Source: a candidate division FCPU426 bacterium (GTDB lineage Bacteria; Oederibacteriota; Muellerivitia; Muellerivitales; Muellerivitaceae). From it: 64,000 bases of DNA. Made by a program: the position numbers and the translations under genes. Every line of letters begins with the position of its first letter. Position 1 is the stretch's first letter. The notes beneath the pieces are model-generated. The model saw only the letters and a program-made list of their open reading frames with translations, ran no database searches and was not told the origin of the DNA. The DNA is taken from NCBI GenBank assembly GCA_963847625.1, contig CAWKAR010000057.1, forward strand, positions 1 through 64,000, written 5' to 3'. Below are positions 54,506 to 64,000 of this stretch, piece by piece.

Positions 54506-55162
54506 ATGGAAATTTTATTCGACGAGGAACTGGCCGTCCTGAAGGAAAAGCTTCTTCTGATGGGAAGCAAGGTGGAGGAATCCATCCGGCTGGCCATGAA
54601 ATCCATCGTGGACCGGGACTCCAAGCTGGCGCGGAGGGTCATGCAAAGCGACCGGGACATCAACGACCTGGAAATCGAGGTGGACGAGATCTGCCACCGG
54701 CTCCTGGCCCTTCACCAGCCCATGGCCGGCGACATGCGCTTCATCACCAGCTCCATGAAGATCAACTCGGACCTGGAACGCATGGGCGACCTGGCCGTCA
54801 ACATCTGCGAGCGGGCCCTGACCCTGAACGAGGTGGCCCCCCTGAAACCCCTTATCGACATCCCGCACCTGGCCATCATCGCACAGGAAATGGTCAAGGT
54901 GTCCCTGGATTCCCTGGTGAACCGCGATGCCGCTATGGCCAGGAAGGTCTGCGAGCGCGACGACGAGGTGGACAACCTAAACGACCAGCTTATCCGGGAG
55001 CTCATTACCTTCATGCTGGAGGACCGGGCCAACATCAAAAGAGGCCTGGACCTTATTTTGGTATCCCGCTACCTGGAGCGCATCGCCGACCACTCCACCA
55101 ACGTGGCCGAGGACGTGATCTACATGGTGATGGGCAAGGATATCCGCCATCACCGGGGATGA
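54506..55162 (+). CDS. phoU: Phosphate signalling protein
   Basis: QPMAGDMR, DLERMGD and LERIADH motifs. Confidence 0.96.
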   Translation: MEILFDEELAVLKEKLLLMGSKVEESIRLAMKSIVDRDSKLARRVMQSDRDINDLEIEVDEICHRLLALHQPMAGDMRFITSSMKINSDLERMGDLAVNICERALTLNEVAPLKPLIDIPHLAIIAQEMVKVSLDSLVNRDAAMARKVCERDDEVDNLNDQLIRELITFMLEDRANIKRGLDLILVSRYLERIADHSTNVAEDVIYMVMGKDIRHHRG

Positions 55163-55353
55163 ATCAACCAGGAACTTACGGGAAGATGGTTTTAAAAATT
55201 AGTAGTATCTCAGTTTGGGTGTCATTGCGAGAAATGCCCGCCGAATAGGCGGGCGTTTATGACAGGCTTGAAGTAGTTGGCCTGAAATTTAGGCCAACCA
55301 TACTTGGCCCAAAGGGCCAACGTACAACCTAAGTTTAAATAATGCCTGAGAAT

Positions 55354-56673
55354 TTACTCCAAGGCCATTGGCAGCATCACCGTAAAGGTGCTTCCCTTCC
55401 CCGCTTCGCTTTTCAGGACCACTTCGCCGTTCATCTTCTCCACCAGGTGCTTGACGATGGAAAGCCCCAGGCCCGTGCCCCCGGCCTCCCGGCTCCTGGA
55501 TACATCCACCCTGAAAAACCTCTCGAAAATCCGGGGTTGCGCCTCCGGGTGTATCCCCGGTCCGTGGTCCTCCACCGACAATTCCATCCGGCCGTCCGGC
55601 CGCTGGGCAGCGTAAAGCCGGATATCGGTTTTTCCGGGTGAATACTTCACCGCGTTGTCCAGAAGGTTCTCGAATACCTGGAATAACCCCTCCCGGTGCG
55701 CCTGGACCCGGACACCCAATGGTATCTCCTGGTGAATGACGATCTCCTTGGCCTCCCACTTGGCCTTCAAAAGCTCGACGGCTTGTTGGGCCACTTCGGC
55801 CGGCTCCACCGGCTCCATGGAGGTGATGTAAAGCCCGCTTTCGATCTTGGACAGTTCCAGGACGTCGGTGATGAGGGCGTTCAAGCGTTGGGCCTGGTCG
55901 GAGATCTTCTTCAGGAACTGGCTCCGGTTCTTCTTGTCCTCCATGGCGCCGGAAAGAAGCGTCTCCACGTAACCCAAAATGCCGGTCAAGGGCGTTCGCA
56001 ACTCATGGGACACGTTGGCCACGAACTCGGTTCTCATGCGCATCAGGCGTTTCAGGGAAGTGATGTCCGAGAACACCACGATCTGGCCCAATAGGGTTCC
56101 TTCCGCCACCTTTACCGCCGCCACGCTGACGGCGAAATGCTTCTCGTCCTTCCCGGAGAACTCAATCTCACCCGTGGCCCTGCCCTGGGTCTTGGACTGG
56201 GCCAGGAGGTCCGCCAGGACCGGGTGGCGAACCACCTCCAGGTAATGCTTGCCCAGGTGGTCCTTTTCCAGGGTTTCCAGGATTTTTTCCGCGGAAGGAT
56301 TCATGAGCACGATCCGGTCGGCCTGGTTCAAAAGGAGGACCCCCTCCCCCATGCTGTTCAGGATGACGTTCAGCATGGTCTCGTTGGAACCGAGCCTCTG
56401 GAGCATCTCCTCGAAATTTCGGCCGGGGATGAAAACATCCCTTTCACTCAATGAAGCGGGAACCGAGGATTCCACAGATGGCAGGGTATTTGTATTTTCC
56501 GCCTGGTCCGCGTTCGCGGGATGGAGGAAAAAAAGCATGACCAGGCTCACCCCCATTCCCAGGATGAGTAAAGAGGCCGAGTACCATTCCAGGAGCTTCA
56601 GGGACCCGAGGAATACGGCCAGGGCGATGGCCAGGAGAAAGGCCGTCCAGAAAAGGCGGTTGGAGGATTTCAT
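55354..56673 (-). CDS. phoR: PhoR-like sensor histidine kinase
   Basis: EFVANVSHELRTP, RIFERFFRVD.SRSR and GGTGLGLSIVKH; PAS-like region. Confidence 0.88.
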   Translation of the reverse strand: MKSSNRLFWTAFLLAIALAVFLGSLKLLEWYSASLLILGMGVSLVMLFFLHPANADQAENTNTLPSVESSVPASLSERDVFIPGRNFEEMLQRLGSNETMLNVILNSMGEGVLLLNQADRIVLMNPSAEKILETLEKDHLGKHYLEVVRHPVLADLLAQSKTQGRATGEIEFSGKDEKHFAVSVAAVKVAEGTLLGQIVVFSDITSLKRLMRMRTEFVANVSHELRTPLTGILGYVETLLSGAMEDKKNRSQFLKKISDQAQRLNALITDVLELSKIESGLYITSMEPVEPAEVAQQAVELLKAKWEAKEIVIHQEIPLGVRVQAHREGLFQVFENLLDNAVKYSPGKTDIRLYAAQRPDGRMELSVEDHGPGIHPEAQPRIFERFFRVDVSRSREAGGTGLGLSIVKHLVEKMNGEVVLKSEAGKGSTFTVMLPMALE

Positions 56674-56738
56674 GTGTGAGCCACGTTAGCAAACAATGGG
56701 GTCGGGATCAATTTGTAAGAAGCAGGATTCAGGATGGT

Positions 56739-57422
56739 TTAAACCTCTTCCTTGAACATATAGCCATAGCCCTTGACCGTCTGGATATTTTTTTCATAGG
56801 GGCCTAGTTTTTCCCTGAGCCGCCGCACATGGACGTCCACGGTCCGGGTGGTTCCAAAGTAATCGTAACCCCAAACGTTGTTTAAAAGGACGTCCCTGGA
56901 AAGGACCCGGCCGGAATGGGTGAGGAAATAATCCAGGAGTTCGAATTCCTTGGCGGTCAAATCCATCTTTTGGTTCTTCAGGGACACCTCATGCTTGACC
57001 CTGTTTAAGATCAAGTCCTTGAATTTCTGGACCGCTTCCCCCTCCTGGGCCTTGGAAAACCGCCTCAACACGGCCCGAATCCGCGCCAGCAATTCCTTGA
57101 CGGAGAAAGGTTTGGTGACATAGTCGTCCGCGCCCAACTCCAACCCCACGATCTTGTCCGATTCCTCTCCTTTGGCTGTCAGCATGACTACGGGGATATG
57201 GGAAGTCTTGGAATTGGCCTTCAAAGCCTTGCAGACCGTCAAACCGTCCGTCTTGGGAAGCATCAGGTCCAGCAGGACCAAATCCGGCATTTTCTCCGGG
57301 ATTTTTTTCAAGGCGGCCTCGCCGTCCATTTCCGAGAGAACGCGGTAGCCGTCCTTTTCCAGGTTGTAAGTTAGAAGCTCAACCAGGTCCTTCTCGTCTT
57401 CCACGACGAATATTTGTTTCAT
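56739..57422 (-). CDS. phoB: PhoB/PhoP-like OmpR-family response regulator
   Basis: Receiver domain plus RTVDVHVRRLREK winged helix; context. Confidence 0.85.
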   Translation of the reverse strand: MKQIFVVEDEKDLVELLTYNLEKDGYRVLSEMDGEAALKKIPEKMPDLVLLDLMLPKTDGLTVCKALKANSKTSHIPVVMLTAKGEESDKIVGLELGADDYVTKPFSVKELLARIRAVLRRFSKAQEGEAVQKFKDLILNRVKHEVSLKNQKMDLTAKEFELLDYFLTHSGRVLSRDVLLNNVWGYDYFGTTRTVDVHVRRLREKLGPYEKNIQTVKGYGYMFKEEV

Positions 57423-57686
57423 TGGCGCCTTTCCCCGGAAAGAGGGTGATAGGGAACGGGAGCATTCCGGGTTTCAAGCATGGATTATAAACAGGGGGTT
57501 AAAAGTTGATTGTTAATTACTTGTAAAACCCCACAGATGTGCTTATTTCAAGTTAATTTGGGTATTCATGGGCTTACTTTCAAGTCCAAGTCACACGGAT
57601 TTTAACCTCTTATTTACCTTCCGTTCAAACAAACCGTCATTCCATTTCCTATCCTTTCGACATTAAAACGAATAAGGAGCCATTCC

Positions 57687-58079
57687 ATGAAAAAAATCAT
57701 GTTGATCGATTCCGATATCCTACATCTTCGGGAGATGAACAATGTTTTATCCGGGGATTTTAATGTCCTGATTTGCAGTCGCGGACATAAAGCCTGGGAC
57801 TTGTACAATTTATTCAACCCCGACGCCCTCGTCCTAGACCCCACCGCGGCCGGATTGGATACATCTGATTTCTTCCCCCGAATCCGGAAGAAATCCTGGC
57901 CTAATTCCATACCCATTATCGCCACGACGCGGTTGAACACCCTTCAGCACATCGAGAGGAGCTTTGATTGGGGCGCGGATATCGTCTTTTCCAAGCCCTG
58001 CGAAGGGGAAAGAATCCGGAATAAACTCTTGGAATTACTTTCCAGAGGGGAATCCCCCAGAGAATTGGCCCTGGCTTAA
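57687..58079 (+). CDS. Stand-alone atypical receiver-domain protein
   Basis: IMLIDSD, PDALVLD and GAD..FSKP motifs. Confidence 0.75.
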   Translation: MKKIMLIDSDILHLREMNNVLSGDFNVLICSRGHKAWDLYNLFNPDALVLDPTAAGLDTSDFFPRIRKKSWPNSIPIIATTRLNTLQHIERSFDWGADIVFSKPCEGERIRNKLLELLSRGESPRELALA

Positions 58080-58216
58080 ACCAGCCAGCTGACTGAAAAC
58101 GTTAAAACCGTTTTAATCCCCATTCTTTTCACGGGCGATAAACCGTTTCCAGTTTTAACCTAGATTTAACCTGTCTCGGATGGATATCTAACGGGTGTTT
58201 TCTAATCTTTGATTAT

Positions 58217-58927
58217 ATGGCTAGAGCCGATTTACACCTACACACTGACTTCTCCGACGGGCTCCACACCCCGCGCCAGGTCGTCCAATCCGCCTCTAGG
58301 GCCGGCCTTCAAATCATCGCTGTGACCGACCATGACACCCTAGAAGGCGCCTTTCGGGCTCAGGAATATTCCCACCGGCGTCCGGACCTGGGTGTGAAAG
58401 TGGTATTAGGCGAGGAAATCAGCACCTTGAACGGTCATGTGATCGGCGTCTTCCTGGAAAAGTTCATTCCGGCGCGGCTGTCGGCCAAACGCACGGTGGA
58501 ACTCATCCACCAGCAGGGCGGGATCGCCATCCTGGCCCATCCCTACCATATTTATACCGGCAGGTCCGGAGCCGAACCCCGGGCCGTCGAATTAATCGAT
58601 GAGATACCCTTTGACGGAATCGAGACGGTCAACCATGGGGACGCGCTTTCCTTCTGGTCCAACCGGAAGGCGCTCAAATCCCTGGCCCACCGTCCCATTG
58701 CCCAAATCGGGTGTAGCGATGCCCATAACGCTAGATTCATTGGGATGGGATACACCGAGTTCGCGGGAAATAGTCCCGAGGATCTTAAACGCGCCATACT
58801 GAAACGCGAAACCCGGGCCTGCTACCATCGGGCCTGGAGAGTGAAGGATATCCTCATCCACTTAAAAGACACCGCCCCCGTCCTGAGGCGCTATTCCAAG
58901 ATAATGGGCGAAGCCGCCCAAGTTTGA
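58217..58927 (+). CDS. PHP-domain phosphoesterase
   Basis: DLHLHT..SDG, VTDHD, AHP and SDAH motifs. Confidence 0.92.
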   Translation: MARADLHLHTDFSDGLHTPRQVVQSASRAGLQIIAVTDHDTLEGAFRAQEYSHRRPDLGVKVVLGEEISTLNGHVIGVFLEKFIPARLSAKRTVELIHQQGGIAILAHPYHIYTGRSGAEPRAVELIDEIPFDGIETVNHGDALSFWSNRKALKSLAHRPIAQIGCSDAHNARFIGMGYTEFAGNSPEDLKRAILKRETRACYHRAWRVKDILIHLKDTAPVLRRYSKIMGEAAQV

Positions 58928-59003
58928 TAGGTTAACGGGTTCCGTTTAATGGGTTAACCGGCGTATGCCACCAAGAAAACCCAGCACAGATTTCTTATAA
59001 ATC

Positions 59004-59321
59004 TGCGCCGATCTACCTTAAAGAGATATTGAGATCGGTGCTATACCAGCCACTTTAAATTTTTTATGGAGGGCTGGCATGCGCTGGCAAGCATCGCCTT
59101 CGGCTTGTGCCGATTCATCTAAGCGTTATGCCCGGGGTAATTGTAGGAAATCGGTACTATACCGACCTCCTAACAGTTTTACGGTTGGTCGATATGTAGC
59201 CTCGGGCGGCCAGCCCATGCCGACGGAAAACCGCTATTCACCACATGCCAGCCTTCAATTAAGCATTAAATGGGGCTGGTATTGTATCGATCTCAATATT
59301 TCTTTATGGAAGATTGGCACA
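59004..59321. repeat. Non-coding element with imperfect 48-bp terminal inverted repeats; a related copy lies at 11236-11312
   Basis: 59004-59051 matches the reverse complement of 59274-59321. Confidence 0.7.
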
Positions 59322-59665
59322 GGGACTCAGAGACCCAAATAAAAGAATAACCCTGCAGCTTAGATTGAGGCCGGTAAGTTATATGGAAATGATTAAAATA
59401 TAGGGGTTTCAGGCCCCCTTTAATTGCCGGGTCCCTTCCTATGGCGTAAAATCACCTAATGAAAATCATTAGATTTATAAATCCCAAAAAGAAGACTCAA
59501 CTGGGGTTGTACGTTGGCCCTTGGGGCCAAGCACCCTTGTCCTGAATTTCAGGACAAGGGCTTCAAACCTGTCGCAATCCACTGGCTGGGCCTGCAAGTG
59601 GCCCAGCCCCGATTGGGGCAGCTTCTCGCAATGACAGATATTTATAAAAATTAAAAAAGGTTTCC

Positions 59666-62353
59666 ATGATCAATAAACGACCCGATCCCGACGCGCTTTT
59701 AAGCAAGCTCCAAGCCGAGGAAAAGGCCCAGAAGCGCGGCAAGTTGAAGATTTTTTTCGGCGCCTCGCCCGGCGTGGGCAAAACCTACGCCATGCTGGAA
59801 GCCGCCCGCGCCAAGAAAGCCGAGGGCCTGGATGTGGTGGTGGGCCCCCTGGAGACCCACGGCCGCGTTGAGACCGCCAGGCTCCTCGAGGGTTTGGAAA
59901 TTTTGCCGCCGCAGGAATTGGAGTACCGCGGGACGAAGATGAGGGAGTTCGACATCGATGCGGCGTTGAAACGGAAGCCCGGACTCCTCTTGGTGGACGA
60001 GCTGGCCCACACCAACGCCCCGGGGTCCCGCCACCTGAAGCGCTGGCAGGACGTCGAGGAGCTCCTGGACCTGGGTGTGAGCGTCTTCAGCACCCTGAAC
60101 GTCCAGCACCTGGAAAGCCTCAACGACATCGTGGCCCGGATCACGGGCGTGGTGGTGCGGGAAACCCTCCCCGACAAGGTCTTGGAGGAGGCGGACGAGG
60201 TGGAGTTGGTGGACCTGCCCCCCGATGATCTCCTGAAGCGCCTGCGGGAAGGCAAGGTTTACATGCCCGAAGCGGCCCAGCGTGCCGTCGAGAATTTCTT
60301 CAAGAAGGGCAACCTGACGGCGTTGCGGGAGATGGCCCTGCGCACCACGGCCGACCGGGTGAACGACCAGGTCCAGGATTACCGCAAAACCATGGCCATC
60401 ACCCAGTCCTGGGCCACGGTCGACCGGATTCTTGTCTGCGTCTCCCCCAGCCCCTCCTCCGCCGACCTGGTGAGGACCGCACACCGAATGGCCAAATCCC
60501 TGAGGGCCGGCTGGATCGCCCTTTACGTGGAATCCCCCGTCCCTCCCGGCCCGGAGGAAAGGGAGCGGGCCGTCCGGCACCTCCGGCTGGCCGAGCAGTT
60601 GGGCGCGGAAACCGCCACCCTCACCGGCGAGCATTTCGCGGAGGAGGTCATGGATTACGCCCGGGAGCGGAACGTCACCAAGATCTTCATCGGCAAGCCC
60701 TCGAAATACTCCTGGCGGGCCCTTCTGCGCCCCTCCCTGGTGGACCAGCTCCTGAGATCCAGCGGGGACATCGACGTTTATGTCACCAAGGGCGAAACGC
60801 AGGACTTCCGGGAAAAGAACTTCCCGTCCGGGCCCGGGGTGGCCAAGCACAGGCTCAACTGGATGGGATACGCCTATTCCCTGCTGTGCGTCGCGGTCAG
60901 CACGGCCTTGGCTAACTGGATGTTCCCCCACGTGGCCCTGGCCAATCTCATCATGGTTTACCTGTTGGGAATCCTGGCGGTCTCCTCGCGCCAGGGGATC
61001 GGCCCTTCCACTTTGGCGACGTTCCTGAGCGTCATCGCCTTCGATTATTTTTTCGTGACCCCCCGTTTCTCGTTCGCCGTCTCCGACACCCAGTATCTTT
61101 TCATGTTTTCGGTCATGCTCCTGGTGGGCCTTTCCATCAGCAATCTGACCGTCCGGCTGCGGGCGCAGGCCCGGCTTTCACGCCTGAGGGAGCGCCGGAC
61201 CGCCGCCCTCTATTCCCTGAGCAGGGAGCTGGCGAGCACTTGGGGCACGGCGGAGCTTTTGGAAATCGCCGTGCGGCACATCTCCGAAGTTTTCGAAAGC
61301 TCCGTCATCGCCTTCCTCCCGGACAAGGACGGGCGCCTGCAAGTCCAGTGCGGGGCGGTAGCGGAATTCAACCTCACCGCCAAGGAACTGGGGGTGGCCC
61401 ATTGGGTCTTCGACCTGGGCCAGGTGGCCGGCCGCGGCACCGACACCCTTCCCGCCACCGAGGCGCTGTACCTGCCCTTGCTGGCCTCGGGGGAACCCGT
61501 GGGATCCCTCGGCGTGAAGCCGCGGAACCCGGAAAAGCTTTTCATCCCGGAACAGCTGCACCTGCTGGAGGCCTTCGCCCACCAGACCGCCCTGGCGGTG
61601 GCGGCCGACAAGCTCCTCCAGAAGCAGCAGCAGACCCAGATGCAGGTGGAAACCGAGAAGCTGAGGAGCTCCCTTTTAAGCTCGGTGTCCCACGACCTGC
61701 GGACCCCCTTGACCGCCATCACGGGCTCCGCCAGCAGCCTCCTGCAGGACGGGGAGTCCCTTCCTCCCTCGGCGAAACGCGACCTCTTGGAGAACATCCA
61801 CGACGAGGCCGAACGGCTCGAAAGGCTGGTGGGAAACCTCCTGGAAATGACAAAAATCGAATCCGGCGCCATCCGGCCCAACAAGGAACTCAACCATATC
61901 GAGGAGGTCGTCGGGAACGCTATCGCCCGCCTGGACAGGAAAACCCAGGGAAGGGTCATTAAAACCCGCATCCCGCCCGATCTTCCGCTGGTCCCCATGG
62001 ACAGCCTCTTGATTGAGCAGGTGCTGGTCAACCTGTTGGACAACGCCTTGAAATACACGCCGGGGAACGAACCTATCGGCATCTCGGCCGAATTGGAAAA
62101 GGGCCGGTTGAAGGTGGAGGTGGCCGACCAGGGGCCTGGATTGCCGGAGGGGGACCTGGGACGGATTTTCGAGAAGTTTTACCGGGGCCCCCAGAACGGG
62201 AAAACCACCGGAGCGGGCCTAGGGCTTTCCATCTGCAAGGGTTTCGTTGAAATCCACGGGGGAATCATCACGGCAGAAAACCGCCCCGGCGGCGGCTCCC
62301 TTTTCCGGTTTACCCTTCCAATTCCGCCATCAGCCTTGAAGGGACGGGAATAA
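59666..62353 (+). CDS. kdpD: Sensor histidine kinase KdpD
   Basis: RPDPDALL, GVGKTYAML, VDELAHTN, Usp-like domain, TM block and SHDLRTPL. Confidence 0.98.
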   Translation: MINKRPDPDALLSKLQAEEKAQKRGKLKIFFGASPGVGKTYAMLEAARAKKAEGLDVVVGPLETHGRVETARLLEGLEILPPQELEYRGTKMREFDIDAALKRKPGLLLVDELAHTNAPGSRHLKRWQDVEELLDLGVSVFSTLNVQHLESLNDIVARITGVVVRETLPDKVLEEADEVELVDLPPDDLLKRLREGKVYMPEAAQRAVENFFKKGNLTALREMALRTTADRVNDQVQDYRKTMAITQSWATVDRILVCVSPSPSSADLVRTAHRMAKSLRAGWIALYVESPVPPGPEERERAVRHLRLAEQLGAETATLTGEHFAEEVMDYARERNVTKIFIGKPSKYSWRALLRPSLVDQLLRSSGDIDVYVTKGETQDFREKNFPSGPGVAKHRLNWMGYAYSLLCVAVSTALANWMFPHVALANLIMVYLLGILAVSSRQGIGPSTLATFLSVIAFDYFFVTPRFSFAVSDTQYLFMFSVMLLVGLSISNLTVRLRAQARLSRLRERRTAALYSLSRELASTWGTAELLEIAVRHISEVFESSVIAFLPDKDGRLQVQCGAVAEFNLTAKELGVAHWVFDLGQVAGRGTDTLPATEALYLPLLASGEPVGSLGVKPRNPEKLFIPEQLHLLEAFAHQTALAVAADKLLQKQQQTQMQVETEKLRSSLLSSVSHDLRTPLTAITGSASSLLQDGESLPPSAKRDLLENIHDEAERLERLVGNLLEMTKIESGAIRPNKELNHIEEVVGNAIARLDRKTQGRVIKTRIPPDLPLVPMDSLLIEQVLVNLLDNALKYTPGNEPIGISAELEKGRLKVEVADQGPGLPEGDLGRIFEKFYRGPQNGKTTGAGLGLSICKGFVEIHGGIITAENRPGGGSLFRFTLPIPPSALKGRE

Positions 62354-62357
62354 TCCT

Positions 62358-63053
62358 ATGGATAACGGCGTTATTTTAATTATCGAGGATGAGCTCCCCA
62401 TCCGGCGGTTCCTCAAGCCCTCCCTGCAAAGCCACGGCTTCAAGGTGGTGGAAACCGGCACCGGGGAGGAAGGACTGGCCCTGGCGTCTTCCCACAACCC
62501 GGACATCGTGCTGTTGGACCTGGGGCTTCCCGACATGGACGGGCTGGAGGTGGTCAGGCGGCTCCGGGAATGGTCCGCCGTTCCCATCGTCATCATCACG
62601 GCCCGGGGGAAGGAAAAGGACAAGATCGCGGGCCTGGACGCGGGCGCTGATGATTACCTGACCAAACCCTTCGACGTGGGGGAGTTGTTGGCGCGCATCC
62701 GGGTGGCCCTGCGCCATTCCCTGCTCCTGAAGAGCGGGGGGAAACAGGACCCGGTCTTCGAGACCCCCGACTTCAAGGTGGATCTTGCCTCCCGGGTAGT
62801 GACGGTGCGGGGGAAAGAGACCCACCTGACCCCAAACGAGTACGACCTTTTTGCTTACCTCATCCGAAACGCGGGCAAAGTGGTGACCCAGAAACAGATC
62901 CTCAAGGAAGTGTGGGGACCCGCCAGCGGGGACCAGGTCCAGTACCTGCGCATCTACGTGTACCAGTTGAGGCACAAGATCGAGGCCGATCCCGACAGGC
63001 CCCGTTATATCGTGACCGAGTCGGGGGTGGGTTACCGGTTAAAAACGGATTGA
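62358..63053 (+). CDS. kdpE: Response regulator KdpE
   Basis: LDLGLPDMDG and YLRIYV.QLRHKIE.DP.RP motifs. Confidence 0.96.
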   Translation: MDNGVILIIEDELPIRRFLKPSLQSHGFKVVETGTGEEGLALASSHNPDIVLLDLGLPDMDGLEVVRRLREWSAVPIVIITARGKEKDKIAGLDAGADDYLTKPFDVGELLARIRVALRHSLLLKSGGKQDPVFETPDFKVDLASRVVTVRGKETHLTPNEYDLFAYLIRNAGKVVTQKQILKEVWGPASGDQVQYLRIYVYQLRHKIEADPDRPRYIVTESGVGYRLKTD

Positions 63054-63068
63054 TTCGGGCAGTCCCGC

Positions 63069-64000
63069 TTATTTCCATCCCGCCCAAAGGAAGATCCCCT
63101 CGAAAAGCGCCGCGATTAGGGCGGCCGCCGGGATCGTCAGGATCCAGGCCCACACGATTTTGCCCGCCACCCCCCATTTGACCGAAGAGATCGAGGTGAC
63201 GCTCCCCACTCCGATGATGGACCCTGTGATGGTATGGGTGGTGGAGACCGGGATTCCCAGGTACGTCGCAAAAAAGATCGAGATAGCCCCGCCCGTTTCG
63301 GCGCAAGCGCCCCCCACGGGCCTCAACTTGGTGATTTTTTGACCCATGGTCTTGACAATGCGCCATCCGCCCGACATGGTCCCCAAACCCATGGCCGCGT
63401 AACAACAAATAATGATCCACCAGGCGATTCCCTGGCCGTCCCCCCTGTGCGCCAACTGGGTCTGGTTTGACGCCACCAACAGGGCCATGATAATCCCCAT
63501 TGTCTTCTGCGAATCATTGGCGCCATGGCTCACGCAGTAGGCGGCGGACGAGAAATACTGGACCACGCGGAATATGCTGTCCACCGAGGAAGGCGTGACC
63601 TTGTGGAACAGGTTAAAAACGGCGGTCATGAGGAAGGCACCCAAAAAGATGCCGAGGAAGGGTGCTATAAAAATAAAGATGATAGTTTTTTGAAAACCCG
63701 CCAGGATAAGGACCTTCCAGCCTGCGTAGACGACCGCCGCGCCCCCGAATCCCCCGATCAAGGCGTGGGAGGAACTGGTGGGCAGGCCGTAGTACCAGGT
63801 GATAAGGTCCCACAGGATGGCCCCGAGAAGCGCCGCCAGGATGACGAATACCGTGATGCCGGAGGGTTCCACCAATCCTTTCCCCACGGTATTCGCCACG
63901 TGGGTGCCCACCGTGAAAGCGGCCACGAAGTTGAAGAAAGCAGCCCATACGACCGCTTGTCCCGGGCTTAAAACCCTGGTCGAAACAACGGTGGCGATGG
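63069..64000 (-). CDS. pit: Inorganic phosphate transporter (Pit family); 5' end lies beyond the window
   Basis: GLPTSSSHALIG, HGANDSQK and PVSTTH motifs. Confidence 0.93.
   Translation of the reverse strand, partial: IATVVSTRVLSPGQAVVWAAFFNFVAAFTVGTHVANTVGKGLVEPSGITVFVILAALLGAILWDLITWYYGLPTSSSHALIGGFGGAAVVYAGWKVLILAGFQKTIIFIFIAPFLGIFLGAFLMTAVFNLFHKVTPSSVDSIFRVVQYFSSAAYCVSHGANDSQKTMGIIMALLVASNQTQLAHRGDGQGIAWWIIICCYAAMGLGTMSGGWRIVKTMGQKITKLRPVGGACAETGGAISIFFATYLGIPVSTTHTITGSIIGVGSVTSISSVKWGVAGKIVWAWILTIPAAALIAALFEGIFLWAGWK

Overview
Bacterial chromosomal window, mostly GC-rich, with three parts. (1) About 1-9.4 kb is an AT-rich island holding two large serine recombinase genes, each ending over a tRNA-3'-end-like att sequence. 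Its cargo is a nucleotidyl-cyclase-like protein, an HNH/DEDD-exonuclease/TPR fusion, two HTH regulators and several non-CRISPR tandem repeat blocks. (2) About 10.6-42 kb holds kdpFABC, a FecR/beta-barrel/spermidine-synthase-like operon, three small secreted LNPQP(L/M)PP proteins, and a long run of secreted SBBP/NHL beta-propeller proteins with Thr/Pro linkers. Many of these carry a FlgD-Ig-like C-terminal domain, and the modules are separated by a recurring same-orientation junction sequence. (3) About 42-64 kb holds an ars operon, an RpoD-like sigma factor behind a sigma54-type promoter, a porin-pstSCAB-phoU/phoBR region, kdpDE and a partial Pit transporter. Several genes carry single-base indels that may be assembly errors. 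The most unusual signals are the small secreted proteins apparently built from short motifs of contractile-tail tube proteins, and the cassette-like array of surface-protein genes with mosaic junction repeats. All family assignments come from motif recognition by eye; no database searches were run.
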